Positions 29,145 to 39,397 of a stretch of 64,000 nt of DNA are shown here, piece after piece. Under the pieces are notes generated by a model. It was not told the DNA's origin and ran no database searches. It saw only the letters and a list, made by a program, of their open reading frames with translations. This DNA comes from Candidatus Bathyarchaeota archaeon. Its GTDB lineage: Archaea; Thermoproteota; Bathyarchaeia; Bathyarchaeales; Bathycorpusculaceae. Location of the stretch: NCBI GenBank assembly GCA_963806535.1, contig CAWDYC010000003.1, positions 288,001 through 352,000 on the forward strand. Reading direction: 5' to 3'. The position numbers and the translations under genes were made by a program. Position 1 is the stretch's first letter, and each line of letters begins with the position of its first letter.

Positions 29145-30062
29145 TTGATTGACTGGTCCCAAAAAGAACTGTTAATTCTGGCATTTGACCATAGAGCTTC
29201 TTTTCTTGAAAAAATGTTTGAAATAAAAAATCGTAAACCCACACCTGATGAAAAAAAACAGATTGAAGATTATAAGAAAATAATTTTCGAAGGCTTCAAA
29301 CTGTCTATTAAAAAGTCCGTTCCGAAGGAAATTGCTGGCTTGCTGGTAGACGAAGAGTTTGGAAGCGGTGTTCTTCGAGAGGCAAAGAAAGATGGCTTAT
29401 CGTTTGCTATGCCCGTTGAAAAGTCAGGTCAAGAAGAATTTGACTTTGAATATGGAGAAAACTATGCTAAACACATTGAAGAGTTTGACCCTACTTTTGT
29501 AAAAGTCTTAGTTCGCTATAATCCCGAAAGCGATGCCACATTAAACAAAAGACAGCTAGAAAGGCTCAAAAAACTCAGCGATTACTTAGAGAAGAAAAAG
29601 AGAACCTTTCTCTTTGAACTTATCGTGCCCGCTTTACCAGCTCAATTGGCAAAACTTGGAGGATCAAAAGAAACCTACGATAAAGAGTTGAGACCGAAAT
29701 TGATGGTTGAAAGCCTCAAAGAAATTCAGGCTGCGGGAGTTGAACCGTCTATTTGGAAGTTAGAAGGCGTTGACAAACCCGAGTCTGCAAAAGCAGTGGT
29801 AAAGCAGGCTCAAAGCAACGGAAGAAAAGCAGGAGTAATAACTCTTGGAAGAGGAGAATCAAAGGAAAAAGTGCAAGAATGGTTAAAAGTTGGAGCCAAA
29901 ATACCGGGTATCATAGGATTTGCCGTTGGAAGAACAATTTTTTGGCAACCCTTAGCAGATTATAGAGCAGGCAAGAGTAATAGAAAAGAAGCAGTTGAAA
30001 AAGTTGCCCAAAACTACATTGAGTTCACTGACCTATGGTTAAACGAATGTAAAAGGAGATAA
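29145..30062 (+). CDS. DUF2090 / class I aldolase-like TIM-barrel protein
   Basis: LAFDHRAS, KVLVRYNP, WKLEG (candidate Schiff-base Lys), GFAVGRTIF. Confidence 0.8.
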   Translation: MIDWSQKELLILAFDHRASFLEKMFEIKNRKPTPDEKKQIEDYKKIIFEGFKLSIKKSVPKEIAGLLVDEEFGSGVLREAKKDGLSFAMPVEKSGQEEFDFEYGENYAKHIEEFDPTFVKVLVRYNPESDATLNKRQLERLKKLSDYLEKKKRTFLFELIVPALPAQLAKLGGSKETYDKELRPKLMVESLKEIQAAGVEPSIWKLEGVDKPESAKAVVKQAQSNGRKAGVITLGRGESKEKVQEWLKVGAKIPGIIGFAVGRTIFWQPLADYRAGKSNRKEAVEKVAQNYIEFTDLWLNECKRR

Positions 30063-30066
30063 GAAA

Positions 30067-31050
30067 ATGACGTCACTAAGATCTCTGTCTCCATCATTAA
30101 CAAGAATAACGACAGCTGGAGCAGTTGGAGCAGCTCTCCATATCGGTAAAGGTGACCCAGACAAAGTTGATCAAACCGCATTGGATTTTTCAAGAGCCGT
30201 TCTCAATCAAACTGAAGTAGATGGCGAAGTTATCTGTTGTGAAGGACCCAAAGATAACGCGCCGGCATTCAGTTACAAAGAAAAAGTCGGCACAGGCAGC
30301 GGGCCAAAAGTAGAATTCATTATTGACCAAGTTGACGGTACAACTGCAACCTCAAAAGGAAAGAAAGATGCCATCTCAGCTTTGGCATGTGCTCCTGCAG
30401 GCTGCTTGCAAGTTTTGCCCGATGACGGCTACTACTTTAAAGTCGCGACTAACGGTTTAGCAAAAGGAAAAATCAGCCTCGATATGTCAATCGAGGAAAT
30501 AGTGAAAACGATAGCCAAATTAAAGAATCGTCCTTTAGCAAACTTTACCGTAATTATGCTTGAACGCGAAAGACATAATGAATTACTGGCAAAACTGAGA
30601 AAACTGGGTGTAAGAATAATCCTCATTGCGGATGGCGACATCGCGGGCTCGATTGTCACATGTCTTCCTGACTCAGGTGTTGACTTGCTTATCGGTGCTG
30701 GCGCAGGGGCAGAAGCAACAATCGCTGCAGTGGCGGTGAAGTGCTTAGGCGGAACGATGCTTGTTAAGGTCTGGAAGGATAAGAAAGATGACGCCAAACG
30801 AATGGACAGATTGAAAGCAGAAGGCGTTGATATCGACAAAACATACACGGAAGATGAATTGGCGAAAGGTAACGAAATGATTTTTGCTGCCTCAGGCGTA
30901 ACGAAGGGTGAAATGCTCGATGGTGTGCGGTTCACTTCTGGCGGGGCAATCGTCCAATCCCTCTGTACACGGCTTCCAAGTGGCACTCTTGAATGGTCAA
31001 CGACTAACTTGAAATTTAGAGACCACCCGATATACAAACAAATAACTTAG
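30067..31050 (+). CDS. glpX: Class II fructose-1,6-bisphosphatase
   Basis: EG.KDNAP, DQVDGT, RERH, DGDIAG, ASGVTKGEMLDGV. Confidence 0.88.
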   Translation: MTSLRSLSPSLTRITTAGAVGAALHIGKGDPDKVDQTALDFSRAVLNQTEVDGEVICCEGPKDNAPAFSYKEKVGTGSGPKVEFIIDQVDGTTATSKGKKDAISALACAPAGCLQVLPDDGYYFKVATNGLAKGKISLDMSIEEIVKTIAKLKNRPLANFTVIMLERERHNELLAKLRKLGVRIILIADGDIAGSIVTCLPDSGVDLLIGAGAGAEATIAAVAVKCLGGTMLVKVWKDKKDDAKRMDRLKAEGVDIDKTYTEDELAKGNEMIFAASGVTKGEMLDGVRFTSGGAIVQSLCTRLPSGTLEWSTTNLKFRDHPIYKQIT

Positions 31051-31122
31051 TTTTTTCTTTCTTCTACTTTTTTGTTTATTGATAGATTTGATGTTCAAAA
31101 CTTTTGAAATTTAAAGAAAAAT

Positions 31123-31689
31123 CTATTGTTCGGTATATATTGGTTGACCTGCTAACTTTGCGAGATAAAGATATCTCTGTTCAACAATTATGCGTAGCCG
31201 TTTTCGCATGTCTTCACCGACCGCGTTTTTCTTTTTTAATAAGGCGGTTTTTTTGACTAATTCCTCATCCCCGAGCATTTTAAACCAAGCTTCAAAGTCG
31301 CCTCGTTGCAAATGAAATTCGACTGAAGCTAAGTCAGCTTTATCGAGTTTGGTGGCGAAATCCCGAAGGTTATGTGCGTGGATACTCAAGGGTTTCCCAA
31401 CGGTGACGTAAAAATTGAATGCTTTTTCATGCGCTGCGTAAGATAATATCGCTGTGGCTTTTTCTTTGGTGATTTCGGGTACTCCCAAGACACCCTTTCC
31501 TTTTTCAGTAATGATATATTGCCCTTTTTCAGGCGAAATCACATAGCCCATTTTCGTTAGCCCTAAAAGATGCATCATAGTTGGTGGAAATTCTTTTTTG
31601 CTTTCACCGGCAATTTCTATGGCTTTCATTGGCTTTTCATTAAGAAGCATTGTTTCTAGTATTTCTTGTTTAACGGGTGATAAACTCAT
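31123..31689 (-). CDS. Winged-helix + DUF5752-like domain protein
   Basis: N-terminal wHTH (HLLGL.KMGYV..YIITEKG); C-terminal AFNFY..SVEFHLQRGDFEAW. Confidence 0.7.
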   Translation of the reverse strand: MSLSPVKQEILETMLLNEKPMKAIEIAGESKKEFPPTMMHLLGLTKMGYVISPEKGQYIITEKGKGVLGVPEITKEKATAILSYAAHEKAFNFYVTVGKPLSIHAHNLRDFATKLDKADLASVEFHLQRGDFEAWFKMLGDEELVKKTALLKKKNAVGEDMRKRLRIIVEQRYLYLAKLAGQPIYTEQ

Positions 31690-31846
31690 TGACGGGCACC
31701 TTGTTCTTACTGCTATAGTCGAAGCATCTAATCAAACTTTTCGCTATTCTTTTTAGGTTTTTTCTCTTTCAAGTTGTTTTTGCAAATAAGTAAAGCTTTT
31801 AGTATATTGATAGCCAATGCTAATTGTAAATTGGTGACGGTACAGA

Positions 31847-33097
31847 ATGAAACTTGCAGTTTTTGTTTACGAGTATCCACCTAAAATTGTTGGTGGATTA
31901 GGAACTTACGCCGCCGAGATAACAAGAAAGTTCGTTTTAGAAGATCATGATGTAACAGTCTTTACTATGAATGATGACGCGGGTTCTTTGCCAACCAGAG
32001 AAATTTGGCGAGGAATTGAGATTCACCGTCCCCTTCACATTGATATTTCTGATTCGCTTCCCGATGTAATTGCTGAAGATATAAAGAAATGGGGAAGAGG
32101 ACTTCATTTTTTCGGCAAACTGATGGTTTATAATTATTTATCTGCTGCTAAACTCATAAACGAGTTGATAAAGAAAGAAGGCATGAAATACGATGTTGTT
32201 ATTGCCCATGATTGGCTTTCGGCGATGGGTGGAATTACGGTTAAACGAGAAACTGGTTTGCCATTTGCTTTCCATGTTCATTCAACTGAGAAAGGCAGAA
32301 CTTTAGGAAACGGTTCAGGTGTAGTAAGCAACATAGAGTTAAGAGCGGGCAAAATGGCAGATATGGTTGTTACAGTATCGTATGCCATGAAAGATGAGCT
32401 TATCCAGCTTGGTTTTCCAAGAGAAAAGATTCAGGTAAGCTATAACGGTGTGGACCCACAGAAATACAACCCAGAGACCATTTCTAAAGAGGATATTAAA
32501 CGAGTCAGAGCAAAATATGGCATCGGCGATAACGATTTGATGATTCTTTTCTTAGGCAGACTCGTCGCTGTAAAAGGTGTTGATAAACTTATAATGGCAA
32601 TGCCTCATATTCTAACAAAAATTCCAAATGCAAGACTTGTAGTTGTAGGGGTAGGCGACTTACAAGAATACATGGCAAACCTAACCAGAACCATGCGACT
32701 TGATCAATACGTTAAATTCTGTTTTGACTTCATCCCAGAAGAAGAACGAATTATACATTATGCTGCATGCGACCTAGCAGTTTTCCCCAGCTACTACGAA
32801 CCTTTCGGAATTGTTGCTTTAGAGGCAATGAGTATGGAAAAGCCAGTTGTCGTCGGTGCTGCGGGCGTCAGCGGAATGCGTGAAATAGTAATTTGCTGTG
32901 GTGAAGAACAATGCGGCTACCATGTTGACCCAAATAACCCATCAGACATAGCATGGGGAGTAATCAGCGCCCTAGAAAACCCTGAAAAGCGCGCGCTACT
33001 TGGCAAAAACGGTAGGAAAAGAGTTTTGGCCGAGTTCACTTGGAGCAAGATAGCCAAAAAAACCATAAGTCTGTACGAAACAATAGCAAAACGCTAG
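31847..33097 (+). CDS. GT4 glycosyltransferase (glycogen synthase-like)
   Basis: EYPP.IVGGLG, HDW, HSTE, EPFGIVALEAM. Confidence 0.92.
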   Translation: MKLAVFVYEYPPKIVGGLGTYAAEITRKFVLEDHDVTVFTMNDDAGSLPTREIWRGIEIHRPLHIDISDSLPDVIAEDIKKWGRGLHFFGKLMVYNYLSAAKLINELIKKEGMKYDVVIAHDWLSAMGGITVKRETGLPFAFHVHSTEKGRTLGNGSGVVSNIELRAGKMADMVVTVSYAMKDELIQLGFPREKIQVSYNGVDPQKYNPETISKEDIKRVRAKYGIGDNDLMILFLGRLVAVKGVDKLIMAMPHILTKIPNARLVVVGVGDLQEYMANLTRTMRLDQYVKFCFDFIPEEERIIHYAACDLAVFPSYYEPFGIVALEAMSMEKPVVVGAAGVSGMREIVICCGEEQCGYHVDPNNPSDIAWGVISALENPEKRALLGKNGRKRVLAEFTWSKIAKKTISLYETIAKR

Positions 33098-33115
33098 GTA
33101 GCGCTTGGTGCCTAA

Positions 33116-33724
33116 TTGACAGATGAATTAAGAAGCAGAGTCGCCCGTGAGGCAGCCACTTTACTTTATTTTGGCGCTGAAAAAGAATACAAACAAGCAA
33201 AGGTAAAAGCAGGGAAAAATTTAGGTACAAATTTTTTGCCTTCTAACCTTGACGTCGCTTTGGAACTGGATAAAATAGCGGAAGAAAACGAAGGACCAAA
33301 ACGAAAAGAACGCTTAGTAGAAATGCGAAAAGAAGCCCTAAAAATAATGAAACCCCTTAATGCTTATTGTCCCGTTTTAATTGGCAGCGTTTGGCGGGGA
33401 ACAATAAAACAGGGAAGCGATATTGACATTGCAGTTTACGCAGATGACCCTCAGATCATCATTAAAGTTCTCAATGCCAAAAACATCAAGGTTTTGAAAA
33501 TGGTTTGGACAACCGTCAATAAACGAGGAGCAACCTCGGAATCATTTCACATTTATTCTGAAACCTCTGCCAAACACGGACTTGAAATAGTAGTTCGAAA
33601 CCGAGATGAAGCTGGAAAAAAAAGGAAATGCGAAATCTTTGGCGACGAGATGAAAGGCTTAAACATAAAAGAACTTGAAAAAATCATAAGAGAAAACCCA
33701 ACCCAACAATTCATTCCATCATAA
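33116..33724 (+). CDS. Nucleotidyltransferase domain protein
   Basis: VAREAA.LLY..EY..AK; LIGSVWRG...SDIDI. Confidence 0.8.
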   Translation: MTDELRSRVAREAATLLYFGAEKEYKQAKVKAGKNLGTNFLPSNLDVALELDKIAEENEGPKRKERLVEMRKEALKIMKPLNAYCPVLIGSVWRGTIKQGSDIDIAVYADDPQIIIKVLNAKNIKVLKMVWTTVNKRGATSESFHIYSETSAKHGLEIVVRNRDEAGKKRKCEIFGDEMKGLNIKELEKIIRENPTQQFIPS

Positions 33725-33804
33725 TTCTTGGAAAAACTTGATTTTTCATCAAAAAAGAACATAAATAACCATTTCAATAATTATTTTTGTACAACTGATG
33801 AAAA

Positions 33805-34185
33805 ATGGCAATCGATAAAAAATCTCTCAAGAAAATGTTTCCACACTTATACAATGAGCTTGAAACGGGAGAGGTCAAAGTTCCTATTAATGCAGTTAGA
33901 AAAGACCCTGAAGCAATCGAAAACGCTGAATGCGAAGAGGACGAATTCGAACCGACGGTTCCTCTGGACAAACTGCGCCACTTCAATCCTACAGCTGTGG
34001 ATTTCATCCGACGTTGTGACACAAACGCACAGGCGGAAGAAATAATCTCTTATTTAGAGAAGAAAGGGGAAATAACAAAAGAGTACGCTGGAGAACTTCG
34101 AAGTAAACTCAAACGGGATGGCATAAGATGCTTTGGTTCTAAAAAAGAGGAATACTATTACTTCAAAGAAGGCGGAATTTACTAG
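33805..34185 (+). CDS. DUF2095-family protein
   Basis: FPHLY.EL; P..VDFIRRCDT..AEEII.YLEK.GEI; FG.KK..YY. Confidence 0.8.
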   Translation: MAIDKKSLKKMFPHLYNELETGEVKVPINAVRKDPEAIENAECEEDEFEPTVPLDKLRHFNPTAVDFIRRCDTNAQAEEIISYLEKKGEITKEYAGELRSKLKRDGIRCFGSKKEEYYYFKEGGIY

Positions 34186-34375
34186 TTTCAATTCCAGCTA
34201 AATGTCTTAATCAACAGTCAGTTGACCAAAAAGAAGATTTCATTGGTTACTTAATGTAAAATGAAATGTTTATCAAGCGATAAGGGCTTGTTACCTATCA
34301 AGCGCTTTGTCCACATTTTTGTCGGAAAATTAATAAATGAAGAGTCAATTGTACAAATTCAGAAATGGTGATTTT

Positions 34376-35395
34376 ATGACAATTAAAGTAGGAATTAACG
34401 GATTCGGAAGAATCGGAAGACTACTCTACCGAGCAGCAATCGAAAAGAACGCAAACATCGATTTCGTCGCCATAAACGATCTTGCAGACGCAAAAACTAA
34501 CGCTCACCTTCTAAAATATGACTCAATTCACGGGCATTTTCCAGGGACCGTTGAAGTGAAAGGAAACGACTTAGTCGTAAATGGGAAAGAACTCAAATGT
34601 CTCAGCGTAAGAGACCCAGCACAACTACCATGGAAAGACCTTGGAGTTTACCTAGCAGTTGAAAGCACAGGGTTATTCACAAACCGCGAAGGCGCAACTA
34701 AACATCTAACGGCAGGAGCTAAAAAAGTTCTTATTTCAGCGCCCGCAGAAAACCCAGATGCAACATTTGTTTTAGGCGTAAACGACAAAACTTACGATCC
34801 AGTAAAACATAACATTCTAAGCAATGCAAGCTGCACAACAAACGCATTAGCACCAATCAGCAAAGTCTTATCAGAAAACTTCGGTTTAGAAAAAGCGCTA
34901 ATGACGACATGTCACAGCTACACAAACGACCAAAAAGTCCAGGATCTAGTTCACAAAGACCCAAGACGCGCGAGAGCCGCTGCAATCAACATTATCCCAA
35001 CTAGCACAGGGGCTGCAAAAGCAATCGGCCAAGTTCTGCCAAGCTGCGCAGGTAAAATGAATGGATATTCACTACGAGTCCCAACCCCAGACGTTTCAAT
35101 TGTTGACTTAACCGCTATCTTAAGCAAAGACGTTACAAAAGCAGAAATCAACGCCGCAATGAAGAAAGCGGCTGAAGGCGAACTCAAAGGCATTCTGCAG
35201 TACACTGAAGATCCAATCGTTAGCACTGATGTACTTCACAGCACTTATAGTAGCGTTTTCGATGCCGATTTAACCATGGTTTTAGGGGATAAAGGCAACT
35301 TCGTTAAAGTCTTCGCATGGTATGACAACGAATGGGGCTTTAGCAACCGCATGGTTGACTTCATCGAAATGGTAGGCAAAAAAGCAGACGTTTAA
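34376..35395 (+). CDS. gap: Type I (bacterial-like) glyceraldehyde-3-phosphate dehydrogenase
   Basis: [34 protein letters not shown]. Confidence 0.95.
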   Translation: MTIKVGINGFGRIGRLLYRAAIEKNANIDFVAINDLADAKTNAHLLKYDSIHGHFPGTVEVKGNDLVVNGKELKCLSVRDPAQLPWKDLGVYLAVESTGLFTNREGATKHLTAGAKKVLISAPAENPDATFVLGVNDKTYDPVKHNILSNASCTTNALAPISKVLSENFGLEKALMTTCHSYTNDQKVQDLVHKDPRRARAAAINIIPTSTGAAKAIGQVLPSCAGKMNGYSLRVPTPDVSIVDLTAILSKDVTKAEINAAMKKAAEGELKGILQYTEDPIVSTDVLHSTYSSVFDADLTMVLGDKGNFVKVFAWYDNEWGFSNRMVDFIEMVGKKADV

Positions 35396-35457
35396 ACAAG
35401 CGAACAAACTAAAATCCATCCTTCTTTTCCTTTTTTGAATTAAAGAAAGTGATTAAA

Positions 35458-36690
35458 ATGGCAAAGTACAAAACATTAGATGATTTTGACGTTAAAAATA
35501 AAGTTGTTTTGGTCAGAGTAGACTTTAACTCTGAAATTGACCCAACAACCAAGAAAGTCACAAGCGACGTGCGCATAAAAGCACACGCTGAAACAACACT
35601 GAAAGAACTTGCTGAAAAAGGCGCCAAAACCGTTGTGTTAGCCCATCAGGGACGCAAAGGAGACCCAGATTATACAACGCTAAAACAACACGCTGAAATC
35701 CTCCAGAAAATCCTCAAATGCCCAGTAAAATACGTTGATGATGTCTTTGGCGAAAAAGCAAAAGCCGCTATAAAAAATCTTCAAGCAGGAGAAATTCTGG
35801 TTCTTGAAAACGTGCGATCTTGGGATGGAGAAACCAAAACAGGCACCCCGGAACAACATAGCAAAACGGAACTTGTACAGAATCTTGCGCCCTTAGCAGA
35901 TTTGTTTGTTAATGATGCTTTTGCAGCTGCCCATCGTGGACACGTTTCGATGGTTGGTTTTACCGCGGTTTTGCCAAGCGCTGCAGGACGTATCATGGAA
36001 CGTGAGTTAAAATCGCTAAGCAAAGCACTGGAGAAACCTGAGAAACCTTCGGTTTACGTTATGGGAGGAGCCAAAGCAGACGATAGCCTTGAAATCAGCA
36101 AATATGTGTTAAGCAGTGGCATAGCAGATTACGTTCTTACCGGCGGAGTAACTGGCCAATTGTTCCTTGCAGCTAAAGGCGTTGATTTAGGTAAGGGAAA
36201 CATGGGTTATCTCGCCAAAAAAGAATTAACATGTTTGATTCCAGGCATTAAAGCGTTAGAGGAGCAATTCGGCGAAAAAGTTGTTGTGCCAGTTGATTTT
36301 GCCTTAGAAGTAAATGGCAAACGCAGAGAAATCCCAGTCAGCAAACTGCCAACGGAAAACAGCATCATGGACATCGGCGCCAAAACCGTCGAAAAATACA
36401 ACAGAATCATCGCAACCGCCAAATCCATCGTCGTAAGCGGACCAATGGGCGTGTACGAAAACAAAGAATTCAATTACGGTACAAAAGGGGTTTTCGAAGC
36501 CATCGCAAACAGCAAAGCCTTCAGCCTCGCAGGCGGAGGAAACACGATCGCAGCAATACAAGAATACGGCTTAACCAAAAAAATCAGCTACATAAGCACC
36601 GCTGGCGGTGCCCTCATTGAATTCCTCATGGGTAAAAAACTTCCAGGCGTAGTAGCGCTGGAAAATGCTGTGGCAAAGAAAAAAATCTAA
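35458..36690 (+). CDS. pgk: Phosphoglycerate kinase
   Basis: RVDFN, AHQGR, LENVR, NDAFAAAHR, STAGGA. Confidence 0.95.
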   Translation: MAKYKTLDDFDVKNKVVLVRVDFNSEIDPTTKKVTSDVRIKAHAETTLKELAEKGAKTVVLAHQGRKGDPDYTTLKQHAEILQKILKCPVKYVDDVFGEKAKAAIKNLQAGEILVLENVRSWDGETKTGTPEQHSKTELVQNLAPLADLFVNDAFAAAHRGHVSMVGFTAVLPSAAGRIMERELKSLSKALEKPEKPSVYVMGGAKADDSLEISKYVLSSGIADYVLTGGVTGQLFLAAKGVDLGKGNMGYLAKKELTCLIPGIKALEEQFGEKVVVPVDFALEVNGKRREIPVSKLPTENSIMDIGAKTVEKYNRIIATAKSIVVSGPMGVYENKEFNYGTKGVFEAIANSKAFSLAGGGNTIAAIQEYGLTKKISYISTAGGALIEFLMGKKLPGVVALENAVAKKKI

Positions 36691-36703
36691 CATCCTCCTT
36701 TTT

Positions 36704-37453
36704 TCATTTTAAGCTTAAACCAGTAATTTCAACCAAAAGGCTAAAAATTGACTCCAAATCTTTTGCTACAAAATCCGGTTCTTGTTGACTTTCAATCAAG
36801 TCTTTTAAAGTGTTAAATTGCGAAGGAACAAATATTGTTATGAGCCCTGCTTGTTTGGCGCCTTTGATATCTTCGATTGGACTGTCGCCAATGTAAACAG
36901 TGTTTTTTGCCTCAACTCCGAGTCGGTTTAAGGCGTCTTCGAAAATTTTAGGGCTTGGTTTTCGCCATCCGTTCTCGTCTGAAACCACAACCATGTTGAA
37001 GAACATATGAATGCCAAGCAACCTTAGGCTTTTGTGGATAACTGGCGCGTGAGTAAAGTTTGAGATTAAACCGACTTTGCATTGTTCTTGGGCTTGTTTA
37101 AGTAGTTTTTTTGCGCCGTCTCTTAATTCAAACGTGTCAACGAAGGCTTTAAAGAAAACGTTAAGTGCACATTTGATTCGAAAATCATCCGCTGTCACCT
37201 TGAAGCCCAAATTGCAAAGCGCTTCTGCTACCCAAATAGCATTGGTTACCTCTCTTAGCTGTTCATATCGAACAATTCGATATTTTTCATGGGCTAAATC
37301 GTAGGCTTGTAGAAAACAACTTTTTGAAACATCGAAGCCTTCAGCAAACAATGCTGAGTATAGTTTTTCTTTTGAAGCGTCCATAGTGTAACCTTTGCAG
37401 TTTACCAATGTGCCAATGTAATCGAATATCACTGCTTTAGTGTACGACATCAA
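36704..37453 (-). CDS. HAD-superfamily hydrolase
   Basis: IFDYIGTL, ISN, RKP, IGDSPIEDI. Confidence 0.88.
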   Translation of the reverse strand: MMSYTKAVIFDYIGTLVNCKGYTMDASKEKLYSALFAEGFDVSKSCFLQAYDLAHEKYRIVRYEQLREVTNAIWVAEALCNLGFKVTADDFRIKCALNVFFKAFVDTFELRDGAKKLLKQAQEQCKVGLISNFTHAPVIHKSLRLLGIHMFFNMVVVSDENGWRKPSPKIFEDALNRLGVEAKNTVYIGDSPIEDIKGAKQAGLITIFVPSQFNTLKDLIESQQEPDFVAKDLESIFSLLVEITGLSLK

Positions 37454-38196
37454 GGCTCTCTCTTTTCAATCAGCATCATGCTTTTAGCGATTTTTCTTAG
37501 TTTTTTGGCGATGACAGTGTTAAGCAATTCTTTTTGGTTGCCAATAGCACCCTCAACGGCCGGATCATAAGGGATTTCGCCGAGATATTTTAGCCCCAAC
37601 TTGCCAGTTTCCTCCTCTACGCCTTCAGCCACATCCATTTTCATGTTTTCAACGACGCCAATGATTGGCATTTTTAACTCGCACAGCAAAGCCACTTGTT
37701 TCTTGACTGTTTCAAAAGCCAAAAGCGACGGCGTTGTGACTATCAAAAATTCTATGCGTTTGATCAGCCGTACCAAATCTAGAATTACATCGCCAATTCC
37801 GGGAGGCATGTCAATAACTAAAAAATCAAGCGTGCCCCACTGTGTAATTGCAAGAAGTTCGATAAGGGCATTTGAAACATCCGCTCCGCGCAAGGGTGCG
37901 GGGTTATCTCCGACAAAGTAAACAATCGACATGTATTCCAAGCCGTCCACTGTTGGCGGAACTAAGCCTTTATCTTCTTTCGGCTGAACGTTTTGGGCAC
38001 CAAGGATAATGTGGGTTGACGGGCCTGTGAAGTCCAAGTCAAACAAACCTACTTTGCAGCCGTTATTCGCCAAAGTTAATGCAAGTGTGGTTGCAACCAT
38101 GCTTTTGCCAACGCCGCCCTTGCCGCTTGAAACGGCGATAATTCTGCTTATCCGCGCCAATCGCTCATTAATTATGCTTGTTCGCGGATCAACCAC
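37450..38196 (-). CDS. Mrp/NBP35-family ATPase (probable Thermococcales-type HypB)
   Basis: SGKGGVGKS, DLDFTGPS, DMPPG, GVVENM; directly downstream of hypA. Confidence 0.88.
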   Translation of the reverse strand: MVDPRTSIINERLARISRIIAVSSGKGGVGKSMVATTLALTLANNGCKVGLFDLDFTGPSTHIILGAQNVQPKEDKGLVPPTVDGLEYMSIVYFVGDNPAPLRGADVSNALIELLAITQWGTLDFLVIDMPPGIGDVILDLVRLIKRIEFLIVTTPSLLAFETVKKQVALLCELKMPIIGVVENMKMDVAEGVEEETGKLGLKYLGEIPYDPAVEGAIGNQKELLNTVIAKKLRKIAKSMMLIEKREP

Positions 38197-38198
38197 GT

Positions 38199-38597
38199 TT
38201 ATTTAGCTCCTTTTATATTCTCAAGCCAAACTCCACGTCCGCTAACGATTTCAAAGTCAGAACTACCGCATTTAGGACACCTAATGTATGTATGTGCAAC
38301 TTCAGGAACAAAATGGATAGCTTCAGCAGTGGTTTTATCAAGTTTCTTGATATTAAATTGCCATGTAGTTCCGCAAGCCCTGCATTTGAGAGTTGACTTA
38401 GCCCTCAAAATATGAAATTTGGCGTTTTTAAAAGTCTCAGTTTTAATTTGTGAAAGAGCAAAACGCAAAATTGGGGGCTCAACCTGCTGAAGTTCACCGA
38501 CCCTTATAGTGACTTCTGTCACTTCCTTCAAACCTTCCTGTTCAGCAACTTGCTTCGCCGATGTAAGAATAGCTTCAGCTAAAGCCCATTCATGCAT
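38199..38597 (-). CDS. hypA: Hydrogenase nickel incorporation protein HypA
   Basis: MHE N-terminus, CRAC and CPKC zinc motifs, GRG. Confidence 0.95.
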   Translation of the reverse strand: MHEWALAEAILTSAKQVAEQEGLKEVTEVTIRVGELQQVEPPILRFALSQIKTETFKNAKFHILRAKSTLKCRACGTTWQFNIKKLDKTTAEAIHFVPEVAHTYIRCPKCGSSDFEIVSGRGVWLENIKGAK

Positions 38598-38742
38598 AAA
38601 GTAACCATGCTTAACGCATCTTTAAAAGAATATTGCATCAAACCAAGGTTTCAAAACTGAAAAACAAAGTGTGCGAACAAGCAATGGCTAACCTTAATTC
38701 TCTCGATTGCTTATTTTTAAATGTCTTAAGCGGTGATTTCTT

Positions 38743-39309
38743 TTGGAGAAAAAATTCAATATTCTTGCCTTCGCTGGAAGCCTAAGAAAAGGCTCCTATA
38801 ACAAAGCCTTAGTGTGGGCTGCTGTGGAGCTAGCGCCTGAAAATGTCTCGATAGAGGTTTTTGATTTAGAAGGCATCCCACCCTTCAACCAAGACCTTGA
38901 AAACACTCCAAACCAAAGAGTAAAAGAGTTCAAAGAAAAAATCAGAAATACAGACGCCCTTCTAATTGCCACGCCAGAATACAACTACTCTATCCCTGGA
39001 GTTCTAAAGAACGCTCTTGATTGGGCTTCAAGACCGTTTCAAGAAAATGTGCTTAAAGGTAAACCAGTCGCCATCATGAGCGCGTCAACGGGAAGGTTTG
39101 GTGGAGCAAGGGCACAGTATCACCTTCGTCAAACGTTTGTCATGACTAATATGTATGCGGTTAATCAGCCTGAAATTATGTTAGCCTCTGCGGCTGAGAA
39201 CGTAGATGGCAATGGCAAGTTGACTAATGAGCAAACAAAAGCGCTTATTCGGCAGCTTATTGAAGCACTCGTGGCATGGACTAATATGTTAAAACGTAAG
39301 CCGCAATGA
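38743..39309 (+). CDS. NAD(P)H-dependent FMN reductase
   Basis: GSLRKGSYN, TPEYNYSIPGVLKNALDW. Confidence 0.92.
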   Translation: MEKKFNILAFAGSLRKGSYNKALVWAAVELAPENVSIEVFDLEGIPPFNQDLENTPNQRVKEFKEKIRNTDALLIATPEYNYSIPGVLKNALDWASRPFQENVLKGKPVAIMSASTGRFGGARAQYHLRQTFVMTNMYAVNQPEIMLASAAENVDGNGKLTNEQTKALIRQLIEALVAWTNMLKRKPQ

Positions 39310-39397
39310 ATCGATTAGCGGTTCCTCATTTTTAGCGCTGACTTTGCGAAGCCTTAAAACGGTTAATGTATCAAACGTTAGCAATGAGGCATTAGGT

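Noticed and set aside
30432-31037. Long antisense ORFs (also 42598-43056, 40884-41240, 27526-27852 and similar)
   Set aside because: Shadows of well-supported genes on the opposite strand, with no recognisable motifs.
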